From Dehalococcoidia bacterium (GTDB lineage Bacteria > Chloroflexota > Dehalococcoidia > Bin125), in the NCBI GenBank assembly GCA_963555985.3, contig OY820591.1, positions 2,400,001-2,464,000 of the forward strand: DNA of 64,000 nt. Direction: 5' to 3'. The stretch's first letter is position 1. Each line of letters begins with the position of its first letter. The translations under genes and the position numbers were made by a program. The notes beneath the pieces are model-generated. The model saw nothing but the letters and a program-made list of their open reading frames with translations. It made no database searches and was not told the DNA's origin. Below are positions 1 through 9,766 of the stretch, one piece after another.

Positions 1-1017
1 GTGATCGAGGTCCCCGAGCCCGAGCCGCGCGACAACTGGGTCGTGGTCAAGGTGATCGCCAGCACGATCTGCGGCACCGAGGCGCGGACCTATCAGTACG
101 GCGGCTCATCTTTCAACTCCAGTTACACCAACTCGGGACACGAGGCGGCCGGCACTGTCGTGAAGACGGGACCGACGGCCCGGATCGCGGAGGGCACGCG
201 GGTTGCGGTGATCGCGCACATGGGCGAGCAATGCGGCCAGTGCTGGTTCTGTCACCAGGGTCTCTGGCTGCTCTGCACGAATCTGACGGACGGCGGCGCG
301 GAGTACGACGGCACCCACGCCCAGTACATCCTGCGCCCCGACACGCACTGCCTCCCGATGCCCGACGATGTGCCCTTCGAGATCGGCTCAATCCTGGTCG
401 ATGCGGTAGGAACGCCGTATCGAGCCATCCGGCGGCTGGGCGTCAACGGATTCGACACCGTGCTGATCACGGGTCTGGGTCCGCTGGGGGCATCCGCGGC
501 AATCATCTGCGAACGGCTCGGCGCGCGGGTGATCGCCAGCGAGCCGGCCGAGTTTCGGCGCAGCTTGGCCCGCGAGTACGGCGTCGATGTGGCGATTGAC
601 CCCGTTTCGGAGGATGCGTTGGAGCGGGTCATGGAACTGACCGACGGTCGCGGCCCCGATGTTGCGCTCGACTTCACCGGCTACACCGAGCCGCAAATGC
701 TCTGCGTCGACGCGGTCAAGGTGGGCGGCCGCGTTGGCTTCATCGGCCTCAAGTTCGACGAGACGCCCGACGGCCCTGTCCCCCGACCGACGCCAATCAC
801 CGTGGCCGGTCATCTGCTGCCGAAGGAACTCACCCTGATCGGCAGCTGGAGCGTGGCTCCGCACGAGATGCTGGAACTGTTCGAGCTCGTCCAGAAGGGC
901 CTGCCGGTCGAGAAGCTGATCACCCACCGCTTCAGCATCGACGAGGCGCAGGAGGCGTACGAGACGGCGTTCAACCAGCGCGGCTGCAAGGTGATTATCG
1001 ATCCGTGGCTGGAGTAG
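1..1017 (+). CDS. Zinc-dependent medium-chain alcohol/sugar dehydrogenase (MDR), probably 5'-truncated by window edge
   Basis: Catalytic Zn motifs ICGT and GHEAAG, structural Zn CGQCWFC...C, Rossmann GLGPLG, C-terminal ITHRF. Confidence 0.9.
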   Translation: MIEVPEPEPRDNWVVVKVIASTICGTEARTYQYGGSSFNSSYTNSGHEAAGTVVKTGPTARIAEGTRVAVIAHMGEQCGQCWFCHQGLWLLCTNLTDGGAEYDGTHAQYILRPDTHCLPMPDDVPFEIGSILVDAVGTPYRAIRRLGVNGFDTVLITGLGPLGASAAIICERLGARVIASEPAEFRRSLAREYGVDVAIDPVSEDALERVMELTDGRGPDVALDFTGYTEPQMLCVDAVKVGGRVGFIGLKFDETPDGPVPRPTPITVAGHLLPKELTLIGSWSVAPHEMLELFELVQKGLPVEKLITHRFSIDEAQEAYETAFNQRGCKVIIDPWLE

Positions 1018-1040
1018 CGAACTCCTCCGCCCTTCCCAGG

Positions 1041-1187
1041 GAGACCGATGCGTAACCCCCTATCTCTGTCATTGCCGCACGCCGCCGCGGCAATCTCGTC
1101 GTGTGCGGCCCCGACGTCCGTGCTCGACTCAGCGAGATACCCACGGCAAGCGCGGGTATGACTGAGTTCGAATCATGCGCAGGTCTT
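1041..1187. mobile_element. MITE family 2 copy (degenerate TIRs) carrying two facing palindromes
   Basis: Left end GAGACCGATGCGTAA, right end TCATGCGCAGGTCTT; internal GTCATTGCCGC..GCGGCAATCTC and GAGATACCC..GGGTATGAC shared with 26695-26838 and 41701-41805. Confidence 0.65.
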
Positions 1188-1188
1188 C

Positions 1189-4077
1189 TCAGGGGGTTGC
1201 GTCGGCTTGATCGTCCGTGAGCTCCAGCTCGACTTCCATTGCCGCCTCGTCCTCGGCTAGCTCCAAGTCTGGTTGGGTGTCGGGCAGGCGCACGAAGATC
1301 TCGTGCTCGACCAGACCGAGCCAAGCATCCACGAGCTCGAGTCTCAGCGCATAGACTCCGCCGGACACGTTCGATGTGTCCCAGCGCGCGAGCACGCCTC
1401 CGGACGCCGGATCGTCGCTCTCGGCGAGGACGATTGGCTCGGCAGCGTCGGGATGCGAGGCGGTCAAGCGCCAGCGAATCAGATCTCCGCTGTGCGCCCG
1501 TCCGGTGATCAGCATCTCGCCGCGCTGCACGGTCGCGCCGTCGAGCGGAGCGTCAATCCTCAGTGGCGTCTGCGCTTCACTCGCAGCGCCCGGCCGCAGG
1601 AAGATCACTCGCTGCTCCTCCAGCCAATGCACTACGGCCGGATGAAGCACGTGCGCATCGTTGCGTTCGATCGTGGGCGGTTCGAGCCAGACGCCTCGCT
1701 CTACAAACGTCCTCGGCGTCTGCGCTGTCGCCCGTTGGTGGGTGCGGCGATCGATGCCAAGCTCATAACAGACGCCGTTGTCTTTCGTCGGCGCGACGCG
1801 GGCTGACACGAACAGCTCGGTCACGACGCGAGCGCATGGGTCGCGCAACGGGGGTACCGAGCCGGGCTGCATCCGCAGCGGCTCGATCTGGGGGGCGTAG
1901 ACGCGGCGTTGCTCCATTCCATGGGGCTGAACGAACTCTTGCAGGGCGACTCCGCGATGCGCGGCGAGCATCACGTCGCGCCAGATCAGGCCGGCGGTCG
2001 CGGCGGAGGAACCGCCCCGCATCGGCGCTTCGTCGGCGTTGCCGACCCAGACGCCAACCGCCAGTTGCGGCGTGTAGCCCATCGTCCAGTAGTCGCGGCG
2101 GACGTCGTCGATGCCCGGATCGCCGGCTGTCCCGGTCTTGGCGGCCGCGGGACGATCCAGCACGAGGTTGCTGTCCGTGCCGTAGAGCAAGGCGCGAGCA
2201 TCGTTGTCGCTGAGGATGTCGGTGATTTGGTAGACCTGTCCCGGTCGCGCGACGGCGCGCCGCGCCGGTTCGGTCCACTCGTAGAGCAGGTCGCCGTCGG
2301 AGTCGTGGATGGCGAGGACGGCGATCGGATCGAGGGCGCGATAGCCGTCGGGCAGATCGAGCAGCGTTGGCTGGCCCGCCATCACGCCGCCCGCAGCCAG
2401 GGTCGAGTAGGCGTAGGTCATGTCCAGAAGCGAGACTTCGCCGCCGCCCAGCGTGATCGAGGGGCCGTAGTTGGCTACGTCGTGCATGGTCGAAATGCCG
2501 AGGCGGTGCAGCGCATCAAGCAGATAGGTAGTGCCCAGCGCGGCAGCGGTCTCGAAAGCGGGGACGTTCATCGAGTTCGCCAGGGCGCTGCGGATCGTCA
2601 CCGGGCCGCGAAAGCGGCCGTCGTAGTTGGTCGGTTCAAAAGCAGCGCCGTCGGACTCGATCCAGACAGTCGGCACGTCCCAGAGGATCGTGGCCGGATG
2701 CCAGACACGCGGATCGAGCTCGAACGCGGCGAGATAGGTGAGCGGTTTGATTGACGAACCCGGCGAATGCAGCGCGGTCGCCAGATTCACCTGTCCAGCG
2801 ATCGTTTCGTCGAAGAAGTCGCGGCTGCCGACCATCACGCGAAGCTGGCCGGTCTGCGGCTCGATCACGACGATGGCGCCGTTGTGGGCGTCGGTCTTTT
2901 GCTCGAAGTCGGCGATTGCGGCGCGCAGGATGCGCTCCGCCTCGGCTTGCAGCCCGAAATCAAGCGTGGTCGTGATTCGCAGGCCGCCGTTCTCCATCAG
3001 GGCCGCGCAGCCGCCGGAACCTGCGGGCGGCTCGAAGCGTTCCGCCTCGCATAAGGCTTCCACCTGCGCCTGCACGTAGAGGACGAAATGGGGGGCCTCG
3101 ATCTCGAATGCAGCCGTATCGAACTCAAGCGATTCCACTTTGGCGGTTTCGGCTTCATCACTACTGATGTAGCCGTGCCGCAGCATCAGGTCGAGCACGA
3201 GTGCCTGGCGCTGTTTCGCGGCCCAGTAATTCTCCAGCGGGTTGTACTCCGAGGGAGCCTGCGGCAGGCCGGCGAGCAACGCGGCCTCGGCCAGGGTCAG
3301 ATCTGCGGGCGGCTTGCCGAAGTAGCGTTGGCTGGCGGCGCCGATGCCGTAGGAGAGATTGCCGTAGTAGATCGTGTTGAGATACCACTCCAGAATCTGC
3401 TCTTTGCCGTATTCCTGGGTTAGCTCGACGGCGAGGATGGTCTCCTTGATTTTGCCCTGCACCCGTTCCCAAGTGCGGCCGCTGCGCTCCTCAAGCGGGA
3501 TGAGCACGTTTTTGACCAACTGCTGAGTGATCGAGGAGCCGCCCGAGCCGCCGAGGAACTCCGAGCTGCCGACGCCGAAGTTCTCCCAGGCTGCGCGCAG
3601 CAGGCCGCGTTCGTTGATTCCGCGATTCGTCCAGAACGAGGCGTCCTCAACCGCGACAGTGGCGTCGATCATGTATTGCGAGACGCGGTGCAAGCGGACC
3701 GGATCGCGCAAGCCGAGCAACGGATGCGCGAACTCGAAGAGCAGTGTGCCCTCCGCGCCGTCGCGGTCGTAGATGCGGCTCGATCCGAGCAGGCGCTGGG
3801 ACGGTTCGATCGCCTCCGGCGGTTCCAGGTCTTCGGCGTAGCTGGTGTAGACGAGGTAGAGCGAGAGCGCGGCTGCGCCGAGCAGGAGCGCGCTCACGAC
3901 CGCGCTCACGGTCAGCGCCAGTCTCCAGCCGCGCCAGCCGCTGGTCTGGGCGGCGCTGCGATTCGCTCGGCGTCGTCTCCGCAGCGCGGCGCGCGCAGCC
4001 GGACTCACGCCACGCCGCTGCGACGGCGTTCGGCGTTCGTGCTGACCATCCGGCTGATCGGCATTCGAGACCACCAT
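1189..4077 (-). CDS. Class A penicillin-binding protein (transglycosylase-transpeptidase) with C-terminal beta-rich domain
   Basis: N-terminal TM helix; GT51 motifs EDASF, GSSITQQLVKN, YLNTIYYG; transpeptidase SSIK, SMN, KTGT. Confidence 0.93.
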   Translation of the reverse strand: MVVSNADQPDGQHERRTPSQRRGVSPAARAALRRRRRANRSAAQTSGWRGWRLALTVSAVVSALLLGAAALSLYLVYTSYAEDLEPPEAIEPSQRLLGSSRIYDRDGAEGTLLFEFAHPLLGLRDPVRLHRVSQYMIDATVAVEDASFWTNRGINERGLLRAAWENFGVGSSEFLGGSGGSSITQQLVKNVLIPLEERSGRTWERVQGKIKETILAVELTQEYGKEQILEWYLNTIYYGNLSYGIGAASQRYFGKPPADLTLAEAALLAGLPQAPSEYNPLENYWAAKQRQALVLDLMLRHGYISSDEAETAKVESLEFDTAAFEIEAPHFVLYVQAQVEALCEAERFEPPAGSGGCAALMENGGLRITTTLDFGLQAEAERILRAAIADFEQKTDAHNGAIVVIEPQTGQLRVMVGSRDFFDETIAGQVNLATALHSPGSSIKPLTYLAAFELDPRVWHPATILWDVPTVWIESDGAAFEPTNYDGRFRGPVTIRSALANSMNVPAFETAAALGTTYLLDALHRLGISTMHDVANYGPSITLGGGEVSLLDMTYAYSTLAAGGVMAGQPTLLDLPDGYRALDPIAVLAIHDSDGDLLYEWTEPARRAVARPGQVYQITDILSDNDARALLYGTDSNLVLDRPAAAKTGTAGDPGIDDVRRDYWTMGYTPQLAVGVWVGNADEAPMRGGSSAATAGLIWRDVMLAAHRGVALQEFVQPHGMEQRRVYAPQIEPLRMQPGSVPPLRDPCARVVTELFVSARVAPTKDNGVCYELGIDRRTHQRATAQTPRTFVERGVWLEPPTIERNDAHVLHPAVVHWLEEQRVIFLRPGAASEAQTPLRIDAPLDGATVQRGEMLITGRAHSGDLIRWRLTASHPDAAEPIVLAESDDPASGGVLARWDTSNVSGGVYALRLELVDAWLGLVEHEIFVRLPDTQPDLELAEDEAAMEVELELTDDQADATP

Positions 4078-4156
4078 TTCACATTAGGCCGTCTCCCCCG
4101 CAAGGCGGGCGGGCGATAGGCTGAAACGCACGGCCGCGCGGTAGAGATGTGAGCCC

Positions 4157-4468
4157 ATGTCCGACGCTCCCTACACACAGTTCAGCGCCGAGCAGGTGCG
4201 TCAGCTCGCGTCGCTGGTGCGCATTGGTATGACGGATGAGGAGGTCGAAGAGTTCCGTGCGGAGTTGGGCGGCATCCTCTCGCATATCCAGGCGCTCGCC
4301 GAAATCGATACCGAGGGTGTGCCTCCGACCAACAACGGCGCGGATCTGCTCAACGTGCAGGACGAGGATGAGCCTCGTCCAGCGATGCCGACCGAGCAGA
4401 TTCTGGCCAACGCTCCCCAACGCGAAGCCGATTATTTCCGCGTGCACGCGGTACTCGACCAATCCTGA
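4157..4468 (+). CDS. gatC: Asp/Glu-tRNA amidotransferase subunit C
   Basis: 103 aa with VRQLASLVRI...LANAP...YFRVHAVL pattern, directly upstream of gatA. Confidence 0.92.
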   Translation: MSDAPYTQFSAEQVRQLASLVRIGMTDEEVEEFRAELGGILSHIQALAEIDTEGVPPTNNGADLLNVQDEDEPRPAMPTEQILANAPQREADYFRVHAVLDQS

Positions 4469-4488
4469 GCAAGGCTCCAAGCGACACG

Positions 4489-5970
4489 ATGTCCAGCGAT
4501 ACGCCGGCGGCCGACCGCCAACTGACACTCGCCGAAGCCGCGCGCGCCCTGCGAGCGGGGGAGACGACCTCGACCACGCTGACCCAGCTTTTTCTGGATC
4601 GAATCCGCGACACCGAAGAGCGAGTGCGGGCGTTCGTGACGGTCACGCCCGAAGCGGCGCTCGAACAGGCTGCGGCTGCCGATGAACTCTTTGCGCGGGG
4701 CGATGCGCAGCACCCGCTGACCGGTCTGCCGCTTGCGATCAAAGACGTGTTGATGACCAAGGGCATTCGCACAACCGCGGGCTCGAAGATGCTGGACAGT
4801 CTGCGTCCGCCGTATGACGCGACTACGGTTGCGCGGCTCAACGCCGCCGGGGCAGTCTCGCTGGGCAAGACCAACATGGACGAGTTCGCGATGGGGTCTT
4901 CGACGGAGCACTCCGCTTGGTATCCAACGGCGAATCCCTGGGATCTGGAGCGCGTGCCCGGCGGCTCGTCGGGGGGATCGGCTGCCGCCGTCGTGGCGGG
5001 TCAGTGTCTGGCATCGCTCGGCTCCGACACGGGCGGGTCGATTCGGCAGCCGGCCGCATTCTGCGGCGTGGTGGGACTCAAGCCCACCTACGGCCGCGTC
5101 AGCCGCTACGGGCTGATCGCCTTTGCCAGTTCGCTCGATCAGATCGGCCCCTTCACCCGCACGGTCGAAGACGCGGCGCTGTTGATGCAGGCCATCGCCG
5201 GGCCCGATCCGCTCGATTCGACCTGCTCGGAGCAGGAACCTCCGGACTTCAGCGCGCAGCTCGGTGAGGGGCTGGACGGCCTGCGGATTGCGGCGCCGGC
5301 CGAGTTCTTCGGGGGCGGCGTGGACGACGGTGTCGCGGCGGCGGTTGGGTCGGCGATGGAGCTGCTCAGCGCCAATGGCGCGAGGCTGGATCGTTCGCCG
5401 ACGATGCCGAACGTGCCGCACGCGCTGCCCGTCTACTACGTGCTTGCGCCCTCGGAGTGTTCCGCGAATCTCGCCCGCTTCGATGGGGTCAAGTACGGCT
5501 ACGGGGCTCGGGGCGGCGAATCGATGTGGACGGATATGGAGACAACGCGCCAACACGGGTTCGGACGCGAAGTGAAGCGACGGATTTTACTTGGCGCATA
5601 CGCGCTCTCAGCGGGTTACTACGACGCCTACTACCTTCAGGCGCAGAAGGTGCGGACGTTGATCCGGCGCGAATTCGATCGAGTTTTCGCGGAGCACGAC
5701 CTGATCGTTGCTCCGACCGCGCCGACGGTGGCATTCCGGCAGGGCGAGATCACCGATCCGTACCAGATGTATCTCAACGACATCTATACGATTCCGGCGA
5801 ACATCGCTGGTTTGCCCGCGATCTCCGTCCCCTGCGGGCTCGGGGAGGACGGTATGCCGGTCGGTCTGCAACTGATCGCGCAGCGCTGGGACGAACCGCT
5901 GCTGCTGCGTGCGGCGGCGGCGTACGAAGCCCTCGCCGGCTGGTCGACGCAGCCGACTGCGCTGGCCTAA
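4489..5970 (+). CDS. gatA: Asp/Glu-tRNA amidotransferase subunit A
   Basis: Amidase signature GKTNMDEFAMGSSTE, PGGSSGGSA, GSDTGGSIRQPA; EVKRRILLG, GYYDAYY. Confidence 0.97.
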   Translation: MSSDTPAADRQLTLAEAARALRAGETTSTTLTQLFLDRIRDTEERVRAFVTVTPEAALEQAAAADELFARGDAQHPLTGLPLAIKDVLMTKGIRTTAGSKMLDSLRPPYDATTVARLNAAGAVSLGKTNMDEFAMGSSTEHSAWYPTANPWDLERVPGGSSGGSAAAVVAGQCLASLGSDTGGSIRQPAAFCGVVGLKPTYGRVSRYGLIAFASSLDQIGPFTRTVEDAALLMQAIAGPDPLDSTCSEQEPPDFSAQLGEGLDGLRIAAPAEFFGGGVDDGVAAAVGSAMELLSANGARLDRSPTMPNVPHALPVYYVLAPSECSANLARFDGVKYGYGARGGESMWTDMETTRQHGFGREVKRRILLGAYALSAGYYDAYYLQAQKVRTLIRREFDRVFAEHDLIVAPTAPTVAFRQGEITDPYQMYLNDIYTIPANIAGLPAISVPCGLGEDGMPVGLQLIAQRWDEPLLLRAAAAYEALAGWSTQPTALA

Positions 5971-6007
5971 TGTGGTGACAGAATCTCCGGTAATGGAGCC
6001 TTTTGTC

Positions 6008-6487
6008 ATGGAAGCGATTCTGCGAGAACTCGCGCGCGACGCTCGTCAAACACCCGCAGAGATCGCGGCTTCCACCGGCATGACCGAGAGCGAAGTGACG
6101 ACGCTGATCACGGAAGCGGAGGCGCGCGGGATCATCCTCAGTTGGGGCGCACGGATCAACTGGGAGGCGCTGGGGCAGGCGATCGTCTTTGCCGTGATTG
6201 AGGTCACGGTCGAGCCGCAGGAGAACGTCGGTTACAACGCGGTTGCGCGGCGGATCGCACGCTTCGACGAAGTCAGCACGGTCTATTTCGTCTCCGGCGC
6301 ATACGATCTGCTGGTGATGGTCGAAGCATCGAATATGGCCAGCATCTCCGATTTCGTCGGCGACAAACTGGCGACGATGCCAGGGGTCAAGGGCACGACG
6401 ACGCGCGTGCTGATGCGGCGCTACAAGGAAGGCGGAGTGATGCTCGAACGCGAAGACGGAGGCAGCCGCCAGAAGGTGGTCTTTTAG
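6008..6487 (+). CDS. Lrp/AsnC-family transcriptional regulator
   Basis: N-terminal HTH (ILRELARDAR..EIA) and RAM domain VSGAYDL; ATG 6008 chosen because GGAG lies upstream. Confidence 0.88.
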   Translation: MEAILRELARDARQTPAEIAASTGMTESEVTTLITEAEARGIILSWGARINWEALGQAIVFAVIEVTVEPQENVGYNAVARRIARFDEVSTVYFVSGAYDLLVMVEASNMASISDFVGDKLATMPGVKGTTTRVLMRRYKEGGVMLEREDGGSRQKVVF

Positions 6488-6531
6488 CCCGCTTGCCAGG
6501 CAAGCGGCGTAACCGGAGCGAGATTCCGCCC

Positions 6532-7779
6532 ATGCCGATCGCACCCAACGAGCACCCGAAGTCTGAACTCACGGGCGATACCGGGAATGAGGCCAACGAT
6601 CACCATCGCCGGCAGCGGATTGCCGAACGAGTTCAGGCGGTACCCGCCTCCGGCATTCGCCGCTTTTTCGACATCATCGCCTCGATGGAGGACGTGATTT
6701 CGCTGGGCGTGGGCGAACCGGATTTCGTCACACCCTGGCCAATCCGCGAGGCGGCGATTCGCGCGATTGAGCACGGACACACACACTACACCTCGAATCT
6801 CGGACTGCTCGAACTGCGCGAAGCGATCTGCCGCGATCTCGAACGCCGCTACCAACTCAGCTATGACCCGCAGGACCAACTGCTGATCACGACCGGGGTT
6901 TCCGAAGGTCTGGATCTGGCGGCGCGCGCGATCATCAATCCGGGTGACGAGGTGATCGTGGCTGATCCCTCGTATGCGGCCCACGCGCCGGCGATTGTGC
7001 TCGCGGGCGGGACCCCGGTACCGGTCGTGACTCGCGCCGTGCAGGGCTTTGCGCTCGATCCTGCGGCTGTGGAGGCGGCGATCACGCCGCGTACCAAGGC
7101 GCTGCTGCTTGGTTATCCGTCCAACCCCACGGGGGCGGTGCTCCCGCGCGACACCCTGCACGCGCTCGCTCGGCTCGCTCGGCGGCATGATCTGACGGTG
7201 ATCTCGGACGAGATCTACGACCGGCTCGTCTACGGCGGAGCGAAGCACACGCCGATCGCGTCGCTGCCGGGGATGATCGAGCGCACGATCACGCTCGGCG
7301 GATTCTCGAAGTCGCACGCGATGACCGGCTGGCGGGTGGGCTGGGCGGCGGCTCCGACTGATCTGTTCGCGGGGATGCTGAAGATTCATCAGTACGCGAT
7401 GATGTCTGCGCCGACGGTGGCGCAGTACGCCGCGCTTGAAGCGGTACGCGCCGGCGAAGAGCATGTCGTCGCCATGCGCGAGGAGTACGACCGACGGCGA
7501 CGGTTGATGTGGCAGGGGTTCAACGCGCTCGGGCTGCCCTGTGCGGAACCGCTGGGGGCGTTCTACGCCTTCCCCTCGGTGGCTGCGACGGGGTATGACG
7601 ATGAGCGCTTTGCGGAGCAACTCTTGCTCGAAGAGCAGGTGGCGGTGGTGCCCGGCTCGGCGTTCGGGGAGGCTGGGGCTGGACACGTGCGTGCCTGCTA
7701 CGCGACCAGCTACGACGAGATCGAGCAGGCGCTCGAGCGGATCGGGCGCTTCTTACGGCGCGTTCCGCTTGCCAAGTAG
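6532..7779 (+). CDS. PLP-dependent class I/II aminotransferase
   Basis: ISLGVGEPDF, PSNPTG, SDEIY, GFSKSHAMTGWRVG; exact start uncertain. Confidence 0.92.
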   Translation: MPIAPNEHPKSELTGDTGNEANDHHRRQRIAERVQAVPASGIRRFFDIIASMEDVISLGVGEPDFVTPWPIREAAIRAIEHGHTHYTSNLGLLELREAICRDLERRYQLSYDPQDQLLITTGVSEGLDLAARAIINPGDEVIVADPSYAAHAPAIVLAGGTPVPVVTRAVQGFALDPAAVEAAITPRTKALLLGYPSNPTGAVLPRDTLHALARLARRHDLTVISDEIYDRLVYGGAKHTPIASLPGMIERTITLGGFSKSHAMTGWRVGWAAAPTDLFAGMLKIHQYAMMSAPTVAQYAALEAVRAGEEHVVAMREEYDRRRRLMWQGFNALGLPCAEPLGAFYAFPSVAATGYDDERFAEQLLLEEQVAVVPGSAFGEAGAGHVRACYATSYDEIEQALERIGRFLRRVPLAK

Positions 7780-7858
7780 GGCTTGTCAGCGCGTTGGCGG
7801 CGGGAGTTCGATAGCCTGCGCAGGCCGTGCGGCGCGGCGCTGTGAGCAGGGACATTCG

Positions 7859-8578
7859 ATGACAACGCCTGGTGATCCCGAAGATCTGACCCTGCGGATC
7901 ACGCAGGTGCAGGCGCGGCCGCGTCCGACTGCGGACGGGTCTGCTCCCGACCCGTCGCGGCTCGAGGTGCGGCTAGGGACGACGCGGGGCGAGATTCGCG
8001 GTCTGCTTGATGTTTGTGAGGGCGAGACCGGGGCGCTGGTGACGTGTTCGGGGGCGATGGGCGGCGAGCATGAGGTGCGTGGCCCTGCCGACAGCGTGTA
8101 TCAGCGCCTGGCCGAGCGTTTGCCCGGCGAGGGCATTTCTACGCTACGGATTCATTACCGGATGGCGGGGGAGTTTGAGGAATGCGTGCTTGATCTGCTG
8201 GGGGCGTGCTCGTTCTTGCAGGGGGTGGGCGCGGAGCGGCTGATTCTGGCAGGGCACTCGTTCGGGGGCGCGGTGGTGATTAAGACGGGGCAGATTCTGG
8301 AGACGGTGAAAGGCGTGATCTCGTTGTCGCCGCAGTTGTTCGGGACGCGCCAGGTGGAACAGTTGGGGAAGCCGTTGCTGCTGATTCATGGGACGGCGGA
8401 CGCGATTCTGCATCACATGGCGTCGGAGGACATCTACGAGCGGGCGCTGGAGCCGAAGAAGTTGGTGCTGATCCCGGATGGGGGTCACGGTCTGGCAGAG
8501 GATCCGGCGACGGTGATGGAGGAGATGCACGCTTTTACGACGGCGTTGGCCGGGCCTGCGCGCGGGCTTGGCGGCTGA
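7859..8578 (+). CDS. Alpha/beta hydrolase fold protein
   Basis: Nucleophile elbow GHSFGG, LLIHGTAD, GGH; ATG at 7859. Confidence 0.85.
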   Translation: MTTPGDPEDLTLRITQVQARPRPTADGSAPDPSRLEVRLGTTRGEIRGLLDVCEGETGALVTCSGAMGGEHEVRGPADSVYQRLAERLPGEGISTLRIHYRMAGEFEECVLDLLGACSFLQGVGAERLILAGHSFGGAVVIKTGQILETVKGVISLSPQLFGTRQVEQLGKPLLLIHGTADAILHHMASEDIYERALEPKKLVLIPDGGHGLAEDPATVMEEMHAFTTALAGPARGLGG

Positions 8579-8666
8579 CTGGGGTTTGTTGTCCGTTTGG
8601 ACCGCCTCTGTGCCTATGTCTCTTCACCAGGATCGGTTGATTCTGCCGTCCGGCTGTCCGTTCGGA

Positions 8667-8708
8667 CCCCCTCTGCCCCTTTGGGGCATCTCCCCCTCAA
8701 GGGGGAGA
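8667..8708 (+). repeat. RIME-like double-hairpin repeat (family D)
   Basis: CCCCCTCT-GCCCCTTTGGGGC-ATCTCCCCCTCAAGGGGGAGA; same architecture at 12858, 13191, 13766, 19074, 20452, 51143. Confidence 0.85.
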
Positions 8709-8751
8709 TTGGATTTGAGGTGCGAGGGGGAGAGGCTTGGCTCGCGGGTTG

Positions 8752-9630
8752 TTACTGCTGGTCGTTGCCGTTGGCACCGTTGTTGGCGGCTGTGTTGGCT
8801 TGGATGCCGAGGCGCTCGCCGATGGAGCGGGCGACGTTGGTGAGCTCCATGGGGATGATCCACTTGGTGCTGGTGCCGTCGGCGAGGTTGCGCATCATGT
8901 CGAGGTATTGGAGGCCCATGGTGTTGCCGTGGGCGCCTTCGGCGGCCATGTTGATCCGTTCGAGAGCGGTGGCGTAGCCCTCCGCCTCTTGGATTTGCGC
9001 CTCGCGGTGACCCTCGGCGCGGAGAATCTGCGACTGTTTCTCACCTTCGGCCTGGAGAATGGCTGCTTGGCGTTCGCCTTGGGCGACGTTGATCTGAGCG
9101 TCGCGTGAGCCTTCGGATTCGGTGATTTGGGCACGGCGGGTGCGTTCCGCCGACATCTGGCGGGTCATAGCTTCGGCGATTGCGGGGGGAGGCTCGATCT
9201 CTCGAATCTCGACCGCGGTGACTTTCACGCCCCAGCGATTGGTGACTTCATCGAGTTTGATCTGCATCTGATCGTTGATGTCGTCACGGCGGGAGAGGAC
9301 CTCATCGAGATTCATTTCGCCAACCACGGCGCGGAGGGTGGTGGTGGCGAGTTGCCGGGCGGCGCCGAGGTAGTCGCGGACTTCGAGCACGGTGCGTTCG
9401 GGGTCCATGACGCGGAGGTAGACGACGAAGTCAACGTCGACGCCAGCGTTGTCGCGGGTGATGTTGCGCTGCGGGGGGACGTCGAAGTATTGCTCGCGCA
9501 TGTCGACCTTGGTGCCGGCCTGGATGATGGGGATGATCCAGACCAGACCGGGGCCTTTCATGCCGACGTAGCGTCCCAGCTGGAACTTGGCGATCTTCTC
9601 GTAGTCGCGGACCATGTTGAGGATGGCCAT
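8752..9630 (-). CDS. SPFH/stomatin (band 7) family protein
   Basis: ITRDNAGVDVD, TTLRAVVGEMNLDEVLSRRD, WGVKVTAVEI, QMSAERTRRA. Confidence 0.93.
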   Translation of the reverse strand: MAILNMVRDYEKIAKFQLGRYVGMKGPGLVWIIPIIQAGTKVDMREQYFDVPPQRNITRDNAGVDVDFVVYLRVMDPERTVLEVRDYLGAARQLATTTLRAVVGEMNLDEVLSRRDDINDQMQIKLDEVTNRWGVKVTAVEIREIEPPPAIAEAMTRQMSAERTRRAQITESEGSRDAQINVAQGERQAAILQAEGEKQSQILRAEGHREAQIQEAEGYATALERINMAAEGAHGNTMGLQYLDMMRNLADGTSTKWIIPMELTNVARSIGERLGIQANTAANNGANGNDQQ

Positions 9631-9766
9631 CTTGTGCTCCCATTCAGGGTTGGGTCTAGTGAACGTCCCGTGTTACGACGGGCTGTCTGGGCGAGTATAG
9701 GCAGATCGCGGCGAGATTCCCGTTGATCGATCCACAGATATCCGGGGCGTGCGATGATCGTCGGCG

